A stretch of 34,658 nucleotides of DNA from Anaerolineae bacterium (GTDB lineage: Bacteria > Chloroflexota > Anaerolineae > JAADDB01). The first letter of the stretch is position 1. Each line of letters opens with the position of its first letter. The notes below the pieces were generated by a model that saw only the letters and a program-made list of their open reading frames with translations, was not told the DNA's origin and did not search any database. Positions 25,072 to 34,642 of this stretch are shown one piece after another. The translations under genes were made by a program, and so were the position numbers. Where the stretch lies: contig JALWHQ010000439.1 of NCBI GenBank assembly GCA_026983525.1, positions 1 to 34,658 of the forward strand. Direction: 5' to 3'.

Positions 25072-26883
25072 TCACCTGGACGCGGCGCCCCTGTCCAGCA
25101 CTTGTTTGTTTTCCTCGCGCCATTCCCGCAGCCTGCGCCCCGCGGTGAGGATCAGGAGGACACTCGCGAGAAAAAGCACGTCCGGCCAGGTGAACCGGGG
25201 CGGGCCGGGTCGCGGGCCGTTTACTGCAAACCCATCAATGCGAACGCTCTGACCATCGGGGCCAGCGACCAAAGTGAGTTCCACGTCGTGCATCCCATAA
25301 GGAAGGGGGCCCGTCGCGTGGATGATGCGCCGGTACATGGGCACCTCGGTGGAGACGGGCACAGCCTGCAACTGAACGCCGTCCACCTTCAACGAAAGCC
25401 GCCCCCCTTCCGGGCGGGCAACAAGGTAGACGTCCAAACTTGTGCCCAGAAAACGAAGGCGCACTTTGGCTCCAGGGGTCGTGCTTTCCATGTACGACCC
25501 CATGATCGCCCGTGGATCCCGCACCTCGCGCCATTCTCCCACCCACTCTACAGCCCAGTGGGATTGATCGTGACGGCCGCGCGCCATATAAGGGGACTGA
25601 TGTGTGTAGGCCTTGATGGCCTCATAAACGGGCAATGGCTTGAAATCCGGGGTGAGGAGCCGAAAATAGGCTTCGGGCTTCTTTTCCTGCTCCCACCGAT
25701 CATCGGGCCGTTTGAGATACCACACATTAGCCACGCCGATCCAGGGCCACTCCTTACGGATGCGCTCATATGCCAGTACCAAATAACGGGCTTGGGTCTC
25801 CTCGTCCACCCGACCGTAACGTGGCTCCACTCCCTCAGGCGCGGTGTTCCAGTTCATTTCGCTGATCCAGATGGGCTTGTTCGCGTCCCCATAACGTACC
25901 ATGATATCCCGAATCAACATGGGGCGCGAAAAGTTCGTCACTCGCGGGTTCACACGGTGGTCCGTAGGTCCAGACCAAAGGCCGTATCCTTGCATGGCCA
26001 TAATATCAAAATAAGGCGCAGCCCCGGCCCTGTACATGCGTTCCAGGAAGACCAGGTCACTCATGTTACGCGGGCCGTATTCGATGTTGGCAGCCAGCGC
26101 GCCCGAGATGATAACCACGTTGGGATCTGCCTGGCGAGCGGCGGTGGCGGCGAGTTTCAGCAACTCCGTGTAAGCCTCGGGATTGACGGGCTGCTCGCCC
26201 CATTCCGGGTAAATGTTGGGCTCGTTCCATATCTGGTAGAAGCGTACCCGCCCCCTGTACCGGGACACCACCGCGTAGACGAAGTCCGCGAAATCCTGGA
26301 AATTGTCGGGAGGCGCGTAGGGGCCGATGGCGTTGCCCTGCGCGCGCGACCAGGCGGGCGGGTTGGAGAGACGCACGATAAGTTCCATATCATACTTTTC
26401 GACCAGGGAAACGATGTGATCGTACTTCTCCCAAGCCGAGCGGTAGGGCTTGTTCCGTCGGTCCTCAAAATCGCCCTTACCGTGAATCTCAATGTCTTCC
26501 CAGGGGAACTCTTGGCGCAGCCAATGGAACCCGGCCTCCTTGGCCATGCGCACGACTTGCTCGCGCTTCTCGGGCTCCACTTCCTGTTCCAAAAACACAT
26601 TCACGCCGAACGGATTCACGTCGGCGTAGGGAATAAACCGATTGTCATCCAATCGAAGTGGCGGACGCAACTGGTCGGCAACCAAATCGGTCACAGCCTT
26701 GATCTGGGGGAGGAAACGTTCCTCTCCAGTGTAGGAAAATAGGACGTTTTGAAGGGGGGCACGTCCTATCCACAGAAGCAAAAAGAGGAGCGTCAACAGA
26801 GAGAAGAAGAGGGGGGCATGTATCGTGCCCCCCTCATCACTTCCTTTTAATTCGTGTCCCAATCGAGTGTCCACTTTTGACAT
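25072..26883 (-). CDS. Membrane-anchored clan GH-A glycoside hydrolase (GH5/GH39-like); start uncertain
   Basis: LRQEFPWEDIE, YQIWNEPN (acid/base Glu), KPIWISEMNW (nucleophile Glu). TM segments at both termini. Confidence 0.85.
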   Translation of the reverse strand: MSKVDTRLGHELKGSDEGGTIHAPLFFSLLTLLFLLLWIGRAPLQNVLFSYTGEERFLPQIKAVTDLVADQLRPPLRLDDNRFIPYADVNPFGVNVFLEQEVEPEKREQVVRMAKEAGFHWLRQEFPWEDIEIHGKGDFEDRRNKPYRSAWEKYDHIVSLVEKYDMELIVRLSNPPAWSRAQGNAIGPYAPPDNFQDFADFVYAVVSRYRGRVRFYQIWNEPNIYPEWGEQPVNPEAYTELLKLAATAARQADPNVVIISGALAANIEYGPRNMSDLVFLERMYRAGAAPYFDIMAMQGYGLWSGPTDHRVNPRVTNFSRPMLIRDIMVRYGDANKPIWISEMNWNTAPEGVEPRYGRVDEETQARYLVLAYERIRKEWPWIGVANVWYLKRPDDRWEQEKKPEAYFRLLTPDFKPLPVYEAIKAYTHQSPYMARGRHDQSHWAVEWVGEWREVRDPRAIMGSYMESTTPGAKVRLRFLGTSLDVYLVARPEGGRLSLKVDGVQLQAVPVSTEVPMYRRIIHATGPLPYGMHDVELTLVAGPDGQSVRIDGFAVNGPRPGPPRFTWPDVLFLASVLLILTAGRRLREWREENKQVLDRGAASR

Positions 26884-27794
26884 TTACCCGGCTCTGCTAC
26901 GGCATCGGTACGGACTTCCTGAATAACCGAGATGCGTCGGCCGGACTCATCCACAATCCAGAAATACCATACTCCAGCGCGAGCGCCATTGGCCTGGAGG
27001 ATGTGAGAGTAGAATCCCGGCGGCCAATCAGAATAACCTTCATGTGGCCCGGTGATTGCCGGAGGGGTAATCCACTGTCCATCCGGCTGGATGCTGAATA
27101 CGACGCGCGCGCCATTCTTAGGGGTCCGGTTAAAGTACACTGTACCATGTACTTCTGTAACCCCGGCATTATACTCACATCCATACAGCAATGCCTTGTT
27201 GTACACCCACTGCGGCTTGGGCGTGGGGGTCGGCTTCGGTGTCGGTGTCGGTCGAGGCGTTGGGGTCGGCGGCGGTGTGGGTATGTTCTGCGCCACCTGG
27301 ACAGACTCTATGGCACCCTGGGCCGCGACCAGGCCACCGTACACCCATCCGATTGTCCCGTCAAGCAGGCGAACTTGCCACCAGGTGCCCTCAGGATTCT
27401 TGCCGATGACTTCCAGGATATCCCCCTGAGTGACCTGACCAATGCGCGGGTGCAGGGTGCTGGGCCCCGCACGCACGTTCAAACGATTGGACTGAACGAC
27501 GACTTCAGGTTGAGGGGTGGGCGAGGGTGTGGGTGTGTGCGTTGGCGTAGGTGTCGGTGGGACTGGCGTGTCCGTCGGCGTGGGGGTCGGCGGGATCAAG
27601 GTTGACGGCGCTACACGGGCTGTTGTCGAAGACTCCTCAACCTTTGCCACCGGAGTAGGTGTAAATGTGGGAACCAAAGTTCGGGTCGGCGTAGGTGTCG
27701 GTTGGGCCGCCGGTGCCCCACACGCAGCCACAATCAATCCGCTTGCTATCGCTACCATTACTATTACATAAATCTTTCTCATCGCTACTACCAT
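26847..27794 (-). CDS. Lipoprotein with PT-rich linkers and a bacterial SH3 domain
   Basis: Lipobox IVAAC. LNVRAGPST...WWQV...GWVYGGLV is SH3b-like. AAGGAGG RBS; start is 27794 or 27782. Confidence 0.88.
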   Translation of the reverse strand: MVVAMRKIYVIVMVAIASGLIVAACGAPAAQPTPTPTRTLVPTFTPTPVAKVEESSTTARVAPSTLIPPTPTPTDTPVPPTPTPTHTPTPSPTPQPEVVVQSNRLNVRAGPSTLHPRIGQVTQGDILEVIGKNPEGTWWQVRLLDGTIGWVYGGLVAAQGAIESVQVAQNIPTPPPTPTPRPTPTPKPTPTPKPQWVYNKALLYGCEYNAGVTEVHGTVYFNRTPKNGARVVFSIQPDGQWITPPAITGPHEGYSDWPPGFYSHILQANGARAGVWYFWIVDESGRRISVIQEVRTDAVAEPGKCQKWTLDWDTN

Positions 27795-28022
27795 TGGCCT
27801 CCTTCAAGAAGTAGAAATAGTACGGCTTTTCGGGTCCTTCCCCTACAAGAGGGGCTCCCTCTCTTGGTTGAAGGGTGCATGACCGAAGCAGCCAACATCA
27901 CTTCGGTCATCCCTAATGACGACTTCCATGACATGTTTTAGCACTTGCTTGGCGTCCTCGTACCCAACACAGGTGGAGATTTTAGCATAGACCTCCTGGG
28001 AATGGAAATTGCAAACGTCCGG

Positions 28023-30470
28023 TTATAGTGTCCACGTAAGGCGTTCGACATGAGCCCGTACAATCACTCGCTTTTCCTTCACCACGGCATCCTTCTCTGC
28101 CGCATCCACAGCCCGGACTGTTCGGGGCTCACGCAGGTAGAAGACAAAGCGTTCGTACGGTTGCGGATACGTGCCTTCCCATTTATGGGTGAGGTGTATG
28201 TCTCGCCCTTGCCGTTTCACCCTGAACCATTCCAGGCGGTAGTGCCCTTCCCTATATCTCCATCCCTCACCTCCATCAACGTAAAGTACGGTTGTTCCTT
28301 CTTCGCCTTCGGGGGGAGGAAACACGTGTATCTCCAATTGCCCATGAAAAATCTGGTCGGTGTTTCGCCCGGGCTCGACCAAGGGCAAGGCCGTTCCCGC
28401 GCGCACGAACAGGGGAATGCGCTCCAAGGGCGCATCCACAGTCACCACACGCCCGCCCTCGTACCTCTCCCCCGACCAAAAGTCATACCACAGACCCGCG
28501 GGCAAACGCACCTCCCGTTGCCGCGCGCCCTCCTCCAGCACAGGGGCCACGAGCAGGTCGTCCCCCAGGAGGAACGCATCGTCCACCTCCCACAGGTTGA
28601 TGTCCCCTGGGTCGGCCCACCAGAGGGGGCGCACCAAGGGAAGCCCGCGGGTGTGGGCTACCCAGGCCAGGGTGTAGATGTAGGGCAGGAAACGGTAGCG
28701 CAGGCGGATGGCCTCGCGGTTATAGGTCAGGTAAGGCTCGCCAAAGGACCAGGGTTCCTGGTCAGGGCTGCCGATGACCGTGTGGCTGCGGAAGAAGGGA
28801 AAGAACGCGCCCGCCTGGAGCCAACGGGTGTACAGTTCCGCGGTAGGTGTGCCCACGAAGCCGCCTATATCTGGGCCTGTGAAGAAGACCCCACTCAGGC
28901 CCAGGTTGAGGAGCATGGGGATGGACAGGCGGAACGAGGTCCAGTCGCTCATGTTGTCGCCTGTCCAGTGCCAGGCGTAGCGCTGCAAACCCGCCCAGCC
29001 CGAACGGGAGATGATGAGCGGCCGCGCGTCGGGACGCAGGCGGCGCAGGCCTTCGAACCCCGCGCGCGCCATGAGCAGCCCGTACAAATTATGCGCTTCC
29101 AGGTGGACACCCCCGCGGCCGTCCATGTCGTGGCGCGCGCAGAGGGGCAAGGTTCTATCCCCCCAGGCGGCAAACGCGCTGGGCTCGTTCATGTCGTTCC
29201 AGAAGCCCGAGATGCCCACATCCACCAGGGCGCGGTATTGCTCTCCCCACCACCCTCGGGTTCTGGGGTTGGTGAAATCGGGGAAGACGCACCAGCCAGG
29301 CCACACAGGCGCGCGCACCTTGCTCCCATCGGGGAGGGTGCACACCAACCCCCTCTCGACGCTCTCCCGATACAAGGGGTAGCGATGGTCGTCCTTAAGC
29401 CCAGGGTCGATGATCGTGATCAGGCGAATGCCTTTTTGACGCAGGTCTTGGGCCAGCCGTTTCGGGTTGGGGAAGCGCTCCCGATCCCAGGTGAAGACAC
29501 GGTAGCCGTGCATGTAGTGAATGTCCAGGTGGATGACGTCCACGGGCACATCGTGGCGCTCGAAGTCCTCGGCCAGTTTCCGCACCCGCGCCTCGGGGTA
29601 GTACGAATAGCGAGATTGGTGATACCCCAAAGCCCAAAGGGGAGGCATGGGTGGACGCCCTGTGAGTTCGGTGTAGCGCTCCAGGGCGCGCTCGGGAGGG
29701 CCAGGAATGAAATAATAGCGAAGCATACCTCCGTCAAAGGTATGATCGGCGACGTCCGCCTTTCCTTCCCCTATATCGAACTCGGCCCGATAGGAGTTCT
29801 CGTAAAAGACCAGGTAACTCCCTTCGCCGTGCATCCCGAGATACACGGGAATGCTCATGTAGATAGGATCTTCGCCCTCCTCATAGCCGCCAGGGTCGGT
29901 GTTCCACAGGGTATAACGACGGCCGCGCAGGTTGAGGGGAAAGGCCCGCTCGCCCAACCCGTAGATGTGCTCCTTCGCGCGCAGGTGGGATCGGTGGCGA
30001 AGGCGCTCTCCCGTGCACAAGGGGGGCAGGTCTTCGCGCAGCAAGCGTCCCTCCGCATCCGACCAGGCAAGCGATCCATCTCGCACTATACGCAAACGCA
30101 AAGCCGACGTACGGAGTTCCCACCCTCCCTCGTCCTCCCGCAATTCAAACGCGACCTCATCCCATTGCTCGGGGGGCTTGGCGATGGCGTAGGGCACAGG
30201 CTCCAGCCCAGGAAGCCAAGAGACGCGCACAAGGTCAGGGGCCAGGACGAGGATTTCCAGGTCACCCCGCTGCCCCGTGAAACGAACGCCGCGCTCGATG
30301 GGGCTCGCGGCCGTGAGCGCGCCCCACCCTTCCCAGTCCGATCCCGTCAAATGGGGCCCCCAACGGCGCTCGGCCCGATCGCGCTGCCAGGCGTACATGA
30401 CCGCGCGCGCGATGCCATCGAGCCCTACCCAGCGCAAGGCAGAAATGGCAAATCGGAGTTTGCTCTTCAT
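28023..30470 (-). CDS. Glycoside hydrolase family 31 (alpha-glucosidase type)
   Basis: Motifs WALGYHQSRY, HLDIHYM, GFWNDMNEP (nucleophile Asp), HWTGDN (acid/base Asp), GPDIGGF, FFRSH. Confidence 0.95.
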   Translation of the reverse strand: MKSKLRFAISALRWVGLDGIARAVMYAWQRDRAERRWGPHLTGSDWEGWGALTAASPIERGVRFTGQRGDLEILVLAPDLVRVSWLPGLEPVPYAIAKPPEQWDEVAFELREDEGGWELRTSALRLRIVRDGSLAWSDAEGRLLREDLPPLCTGERLRHRSHLRAKEHIYGLGERAFPLNLRGRRYTLWNTDPGGYEEGEDPIYMSIPVYLGMHGEGSYLVFYENSYRAEFDIGEGKADVADHTFDGGMLRYYFIPGPPERALERYTELTGRPPMPPLWALGYHQSRYSYYPEARVRKLAEDFERHDVPVDVIHLDIHYMHGYRVFTWDRERFPNPKRLAQDLRQKGIRLITIIDPGLKDDHRYPLYRESVERGLVCTLPDGSKVRAPVWPGWCVFPDFTNPRTRGWWGEQYRALVDVGISGFWNDMNEPSAFAAWGDRTLPLCARHDMDGRGGVHLEAHNLYGLLMARAGFEGLRRLRPDARPLIISRSGWAGLQRYAWHWTGDNMSDWTSFRLSIPMLLNLGLSGVFFTGPDIGGFVGTPTAELYTRWLQAGAFFPFFRSHTVIGSPDQEPWSFGEPYLTYNREAIRLRYRFLPYIYTLAWVAHTRGLPLVRPLWWADPGDINLWEVDDAFLLGDDLLVAPVLEEGARQREVRLPAGLWYDFWSGERYEGGRVVTVDAPLERIPLFVRAGTALPLVEPGRNTDQIFHGQLEIHVFPPPEGEEGTTVLYVDGGEGWRYREGHYRLEWFRVKRQGRDIHLTHKWEGTYPQPYERFVFYLREPRTVRAVDAAEKDAVVKEKRVIVRAHVERLTWTL

Positions 30471-30531
30471 AGGGTGGGATACCTCCCTGTGGTCAGTATG
30501 AGGGTATTAACTACCTCCAGGAAAGAGGAAA

Positions 30532-31362
30532 CTATCGCGCCTTCGCGAGGGCTTTTTCGAGCAAGTCTACAATGCCAAGAGTTGTTGCCCACCGCCGCAT
30601 ATACGCAACATCCAGTCGTTCCCCCTGCACCCGCAGTATCCCCTGTACATCGCGCCATTGACGCTCGGATATCTCCCCTCCTTGGCGATACCAGTCCAGT
30701 TTGGAGAGGATGACGTCCTCTGGAGTGGCCACATATATTTCACGTCGTGGTTCGGATGAAATCGTGGCCTTCACGCGACGGCTTAGTTGGGCATGATCAA
30801 ACGGACGTTTGGGCAAGAAGATGTCCACCTTAAACATCGTGCGCAGGTGAATGATGTTGAAACTGCTCTGTCGGTGGACGGCTTCCCGAACAGCCTCTGC
30901 ACTCATGTAGAAGCCGTCCTCAAACGCCTGGACCAGGCGAGGGACATGTTCTCGATGTACATCTGCCAGAATGTCCGCGTCAAGGGTGGTGCGAACGACG
31001 CCATGGATGGCGCTGGCGAATGACCCTGTAACCAGATAGGAAATGCCCAAACGCTCCAGCGTCTCGACGACCAACCAAAGGACATCTTTTGGTTCGCTCA
31101 CGTCGTTTCTCCCCATGTTTGTGGGGTAGGCCCTCACCCGTTCGGCCAGTTCTGGCTCCAAGAGCAGATCGGCAAGACGACGGCGCAACTCGGCCTCGGA
31201 AGCATGGGGGTGCCGCTGACGGAGCCCGCTCATTGCCAAGTCAACGGCCAGGCTGTTCATCTGGGTGAGGATCTCCAACTTTCGCCACGGTGGTATGCGG
31301 CGAAGATGCTCCACGTACAGGGTTTCGACTTCCGCAGGTGTGTCCTCGAACAGTGGGGACAT
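30532..31362 (-). CDS. Nucleotidyltransferase-fold protein fused in frame to an N-terminal ~85-aa helical antitoxin-like module; internal GTG start at 31101
   Basis: GAGGGAG RBS before ATG 31362. NTase motifs YLVTGSFAS..HGVVRTTLDAD, FKVDIF, TPEDVILSKL, RQWRDV. A second RBS (GGAG) precedes GTG 31101. Confidence 0.8.
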   Translation of the reverse strand: MSPLFEDTPAEVETLYVEHLRRIPPWRKLEILTQMNSLAVDLAMSGLRQRHPHASEAELRRRLADLLLEPELAERVRAYPTNMGRNDVSEPKDVLWLVVETLERLGISYLVTGSFASAIHGVVRTTLDADILADVHREHVPRLVQAFEDGFYMSAEAVREAVHRQSSFNIIHLRTMFKVDIFLPKRPFDHAQLSRRVKATISSEPRREIYVATPEDVILSKLDWYRQGGEISERQWRDVQGILRVQGERLDVAYMRRWATTLGIVDLLEKALAKAR

Positions 31363-31369
31363 AACTCCC

Positions 31370-31747
31370 TCACGTGATGTGCGGTTCCTGTCGTTCGTAG
31401 ACCCAACGCACAATGTCCTTGACCTCGCGCGCGAACCGACTGTGCTCTTGCAGTCGGTCCCACTCCTCCTCCGTGTACACCAGCACATCCGCGGGGACGG
31501 GCAAGTCCTCAGAAGGCCAGCGCGCCGCACGGCGCTCGAAGGGCACATCCGTGTGTTCGACAATGACGACGATGTCCATGTCACTGCCGACGCCCCAATC
31601 CCCGCGCGCGTAAGACCCAAAGTACCCCACCCGCACCACTTCGGGATGCTGTTCGGCCAGCGCCCTGGCCCACTCGCGAACCGCGGCGTCCACCTCATCC
31701 GCGGTGGGCCAAGTAATCACGGACGAATTCAAGGATCTCACGGGCAT
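31370..31747 (-). CDS. Minimal nucleotidyltransferase (MNT) antitoxin
   Basis: GYFGSYARGDWGVGSDMDIVV (GS-x10-DxD). Overlaps the end of the HEPN gene. Confidence 0.9.
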   Translation of the reverse strand: MPVRSLNSSVITWPTADEVDAAVREWARALAEQHPEVVRVGYFGSYARGDWGVGSDMDIVVIVEHTDVPFERRAARWPSEDLPVPADVLVYTEEEWDRLQEHSRFAREVKDIVRWVYERQEPHIT

Positions 31748-32093
31748 ATTGGATCGCTTCCTCGCTCTGCAACACCCCGTAATGCTCAAAAGGCGCGCCC
31801 TCGGGATGTCCATTCGGGTAGCGCGGGGGAATGTAATGACCGTCCAGCACGCGCGCCTTTTCCACTAAGAGAGGCGGGACGCGAACCTCAGGGGGTAATT
31901 CCCGCAACAGTCGGGCGACCACATGTCCCCACGCTTCCTGACCCAGGTAAAGGTGCAACGCCTTGACCGCCTTTTCCGCTGCTTGATGGGCCGCGAAACA
32001 GGCCCATTCATGGCGCTCTGCCGCCTGAGAATCGACCGCCTGCTCGAGATCTCGCTCTGCTTGGCGAAACCAATCCATGTAGCGTGAGGGCAT
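31695..32093 (-). CDS. HEPN-domain protein (HEPN/MNT pair)
   Basis: DWFRQAERDL, WACFAAHQAAEKAVKA, WGH, YIPPRYPNGH (R-x4-H). GAGGGG RBS before ATG 32093. Confidence 0.92.
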   Translation of the reverse strand: MPSRYMDWFRQAERDLEQAVDSQAAERHEWACFAAHQAAEKAVKALHLYLGQEAWGHVVARLLRELPPEVRVPPLLVEKARVLDGHYIPPRYPNGHPEGAPFEHYGVLQSEEAIQYAREILEFVRDYLAHRG

Positions 32094-32124
32094 GGTGTTA
32101 TCCCCTCGTTGAGTGCAAGGGCAT

Positions 32125-32177
32125 GAACGATGGACGATGACCATCCATTGTCATCTATCGTCTATGGTCCATCGTCA
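32125..32177. repeat. Inverted heptamer repeats of the (GACGATG)/(CATCGTC) family
   Basis: aacgatggacgatgaccat...ctatcgtctatggtccatcgtc. Confidence 0.8.
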
Positions 32178-32300
32178 CATCGTCTCTACGCCCCCCTGAA
32201 AGCCTATCAGGTGCTGGTACGGGTTCATTATACATGACCTCGCCCGCCCTTCCCAGCGCTCGTCAAAAAGCCGTATGTTCACCTGGATTTCGAGACGCGC

Positions 32301-34574
32301 TCAGGGAGCGCGGCAGCCCGCGATGACGACAGTGCTCTGCCAGACCACCTGCCGCCCCTCCAGGCCGAGGATGGCCTGGCGCAGGGCCTCTGTCTCCGTG
32401 GGGGAAAGGGCGCGCGCCACGCGCGCCAGGTAACTGCGCGGGTCCTCCACGTTCGTCCAGCGCAGGACGTGACCGCGCGCGATGCGCACCTCGGTCTGCT
32501 CGACACTCACCTCCCACGTCTCCACCTGGAATCCCGCGGCCCCCAAAGCCGCGCGCAGGTCGTCCACATCCCACGCGGTCTGCGGGTCGGACGCGTCGGT
32601 GAAGAGGGCCTCCTCGGCCGCGCGCAGACGTTCCCACGCGCGCTCGTCGAACACCTCGCGGGGCAGGAACGCGCTCAACCGCTGGCCCCGCCGCGGCACA
32701 CTTTGGACGAACGCGAACACGCCCCCCTTCCGCAGCACCCGCGCCACTTCGGCGATGAGGTCCACATGGACAGGCAGAGTAGTAAACGCATTGCGGGCCA
32801 AGACAGTGTCAAACAGATTGAATGTGAAGGGCAACACCCAATACCTGATACCTGATACCTGATACTGCTTCTCAGATATTAGATATTGGGTATTGGGTAT
32901 TGCCACCACTCGCGGACGACGAAGGGGATCGAGGTCAGGATAGAAGGTCGCCAGGGCCTGGGCGTCGCGCGGGTCGTCCACCAGGGCCCACACGCCACCC
33001 TCGGGCGCGCGGCGCACCGCCTCCCAGGTGAGCAGGCCCGAGGTCGCGCGCAGGTCGAGCACCAGGTGGTGGCGCTGGACGTTGGCGATTTCGAAGAGGC
33101 GGTCGCGCTGGCGGGCCAGGTGTTCACTCACGCGACCCAGGGTGCGCTGTAGCCAGCGGTCGGCCGCGCGGTCGGCAGGGGAGTAGGTGAGAACCTCGGC
33201 GGGCGCGGCTGCGCTGCCCTCCAGCATGGCCGCCAGTTGCGCCTCGCGGCGGCGCTCCACCAGGGCCTTGATGCGCGCCTCATACCCCTGCTCTGACGGC
33301 TGGTAGAAGACCTTGCCCTTCAGGTTGTCGGGCAGGTATTGCTGGGCGACCCAGTGGTCACGGTAGGCGTGGGGGTACACGTAGCCCCTGCCGTGGCCGA
33401 ACCCCTCCTTGTCGCGGCTGGCGTCCTTGAGGTGGGGGGGCACCTCCCCCTCCCGTTCCTCCTCTACCGTCTTCAGGGCGTCGAAATAGGCCATGACGCT
33501 GTTGGACTTGGGCGCGGTGGCCAGGTAGAGCGCGGCCTGGGCCAGGTGGAACTGGCCCTCGGGCAGGCCCACGCGGTCGAAGGCTTCAGTACAGGCGGTG
33601 ACCACGGCGATGGCGTTGGGATCGGCCAGGCCCACGTCCTCACTGGCGAGGATGAGCATCCGTCGGAAGATGTAGTGGGGGTCCTCGCCCGCGTAAATCA
33701 TCTTGGCCAGCCAGTAGAGGGCCGCGTCGGGGTCGGAGCCGCGCAGGGATTTGATGAAGGCGCTGATGGTGTCGAAGTGGACGTCGCCCTCCTTGTCATA
33801 GAGGACGGCGCGGCGCTGGATGCTCTCCTCGGCCACGGCCATGTCGATGTGGATGACGCCGTTCTCGTCGGGCGGGGTGGTCTCGACGGCCAGTTCCAGC
33901 GCGTTGAGCAGGGCGCGAGCGTCGCCGTTGGCGACGTTGATCAGGTGGTCGAGCGCGTCAGGGTCGATCTGGACGTTCAGGTTGCCGTACCCGCGTTCGG
34001 GGTCGGTGAGCGCGCGCTGGGCAATCGTGCGCAGGTCGTCCTCGCTCAGGGGCTTGAGTTGGAAGACGCGCGAGCGGGAGACGAGGGGCTTGATCACCTC
34101 GAAGTAGGGGTTCTGGGTGGTGGCGCCGATGAAGATGACCGTGCCGTTCTCGACCCAGGGGAGGAGCGCGTCCTGCTGGGCCTTGTTAAAGCGGTGCACC
34201 TCGTCCACGAAGAGGATGGTGCGCTGGCCGTACATGCGCCGCCGCTCCTGGGCCTCTTCGATGGCCTTGCGGATGTCCGCGACGCCCGCGAGGACGGCGT
34301 TGATGGCAATGAAATGGGCCTTGGTGGTGTTGGCGATGATGCGGGCCAGGGTGGTTTTGCCCGTGCCTGGGGGACCGTAGAAGATGAGGGAGGAGAGTTG
34401 GTCGGCCTGGATGGCGCGGCGCAGCAGGCGCCCAGGGCCGACGATGTGCTCCTGGCCCACGAACTCGTTGAGGGTGCGAGGGCGCATGCGCGCGGCCAGG
34501 GGCGCCTCCTTTTCGAGGCGATCCTGGAGGGCCTGGTCGAAGAGGGGGGCAGCGGATTTTGTCTTCTTGGGCAT
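32301..34574 (-). CDS. rarA: Replication-associated recombination protein RarA/MgsA (AAA+) with a C-terminal methyltransferase-like domain
   Basis: Motifs [70 protein letters not shown]-terminal extension has VLDLRATSG and ARVLRKGG. Confidence 0.93.
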   Translation of the reverse strand: MPKKTKSAAPLFDQALQDRLEKEAPLAARMRPRTLNEFVGQEHIVGPGRLLRRAIQADQLSSLIFYGPPGTGKTTLARIIANTTKAHFIAINAVLAGVADIRKAIEEAQERRRMYGQRTILFVDEVHRFNKAQQDALLPWVENGTVIFIGATTQNPYFEVIKPLVSRSRVFQLKPLSEDDLRTIAQRALTDPERGYGNLNVQIDPDALDHLINVANGDARALLNALELAVETTPPDENGVIHIDMAVAEESIQRRAVLYDKEGDVHFDTISAFIKSLRGSDPDAALYWLAKMIYAGEDPHYIFRRMLILASEDVGLADPNAIAVVTACTEAFDRVGLPEGQFHLAQAALYLATAPKSNSVMAYFDALKTVEEEREGEVPPHLKDASRDKEGFGHGRGYVYPHAYRDHWVAQQYLPDNLKGKVFYQPSEQGYEARIKALVERRREAQLAAMLEGSAAAPAEVLTYSPADRAADRWLQRTLGRVSEHLARQRDRLFEIANVQRHHLVLDLRATSGLLTWEAVRRAPEGGVWALVDDPRDAQALATFYPDLDPLRRPRVVAIPNTQYLISEKQYQVSGIRYWVLPFTFNLFDTVLARNAFTTLPVHVDLIAEVARVLRKGGVFAFVQSVPRRGQRLSAFLPREVFDERAWERLRAAEEALFTDASDPQTAWDVDDLRAALGAAGFQVETWEVSVEQTEVRIARGHVLRWTNVEDPRSYLARVARALSPTETEALRQAILGLEGRQVVWQSTVVIAGCRAP
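32830..32904. repeat. 75-bp heptamer-based palindrome embedded in frame in rarA
   Basis: 33-bp arms (ggcaacacccaatacctgatacctgatacctga / tcagatattagatattgggtattgggtattgcc) around a 9-nt loop. Confidence 0.85.
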
Positions 34575-34579
34575 GGTGT

Positions 34580-34642
34580 TGTAATGCGTAATGCGTAATC
34601 CGTAACGGTTCTATCGTCCATCGTCCATGGTCTATCGTCCAT
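34580..34642. repeat. Heptamer repeats (GTAATGC)n and (CATCGTC)n upstream of rarA
   Basis: gtaatgcgtaatgcgtaatccgtaa; ctatcgtccatcgtccatggtctatcgtccat. Confidence 0.85.

Noticed and set aside
27800-27960. c-di-AMP or c-di-GMP riboswitch
   Set aside because: Only a fragmentary resemblance (GTAGGGG...CCCGAA). The conserved core motifs are missing, so it is kept only as an unassigned structured leader.
31363-31698. Upstream 112 codons of the 388-aa ORF 30532-31698
   Set aside because: They overlap the MNT gene in another frame and read as non-protein-like. The RBS supports a start at 31362.
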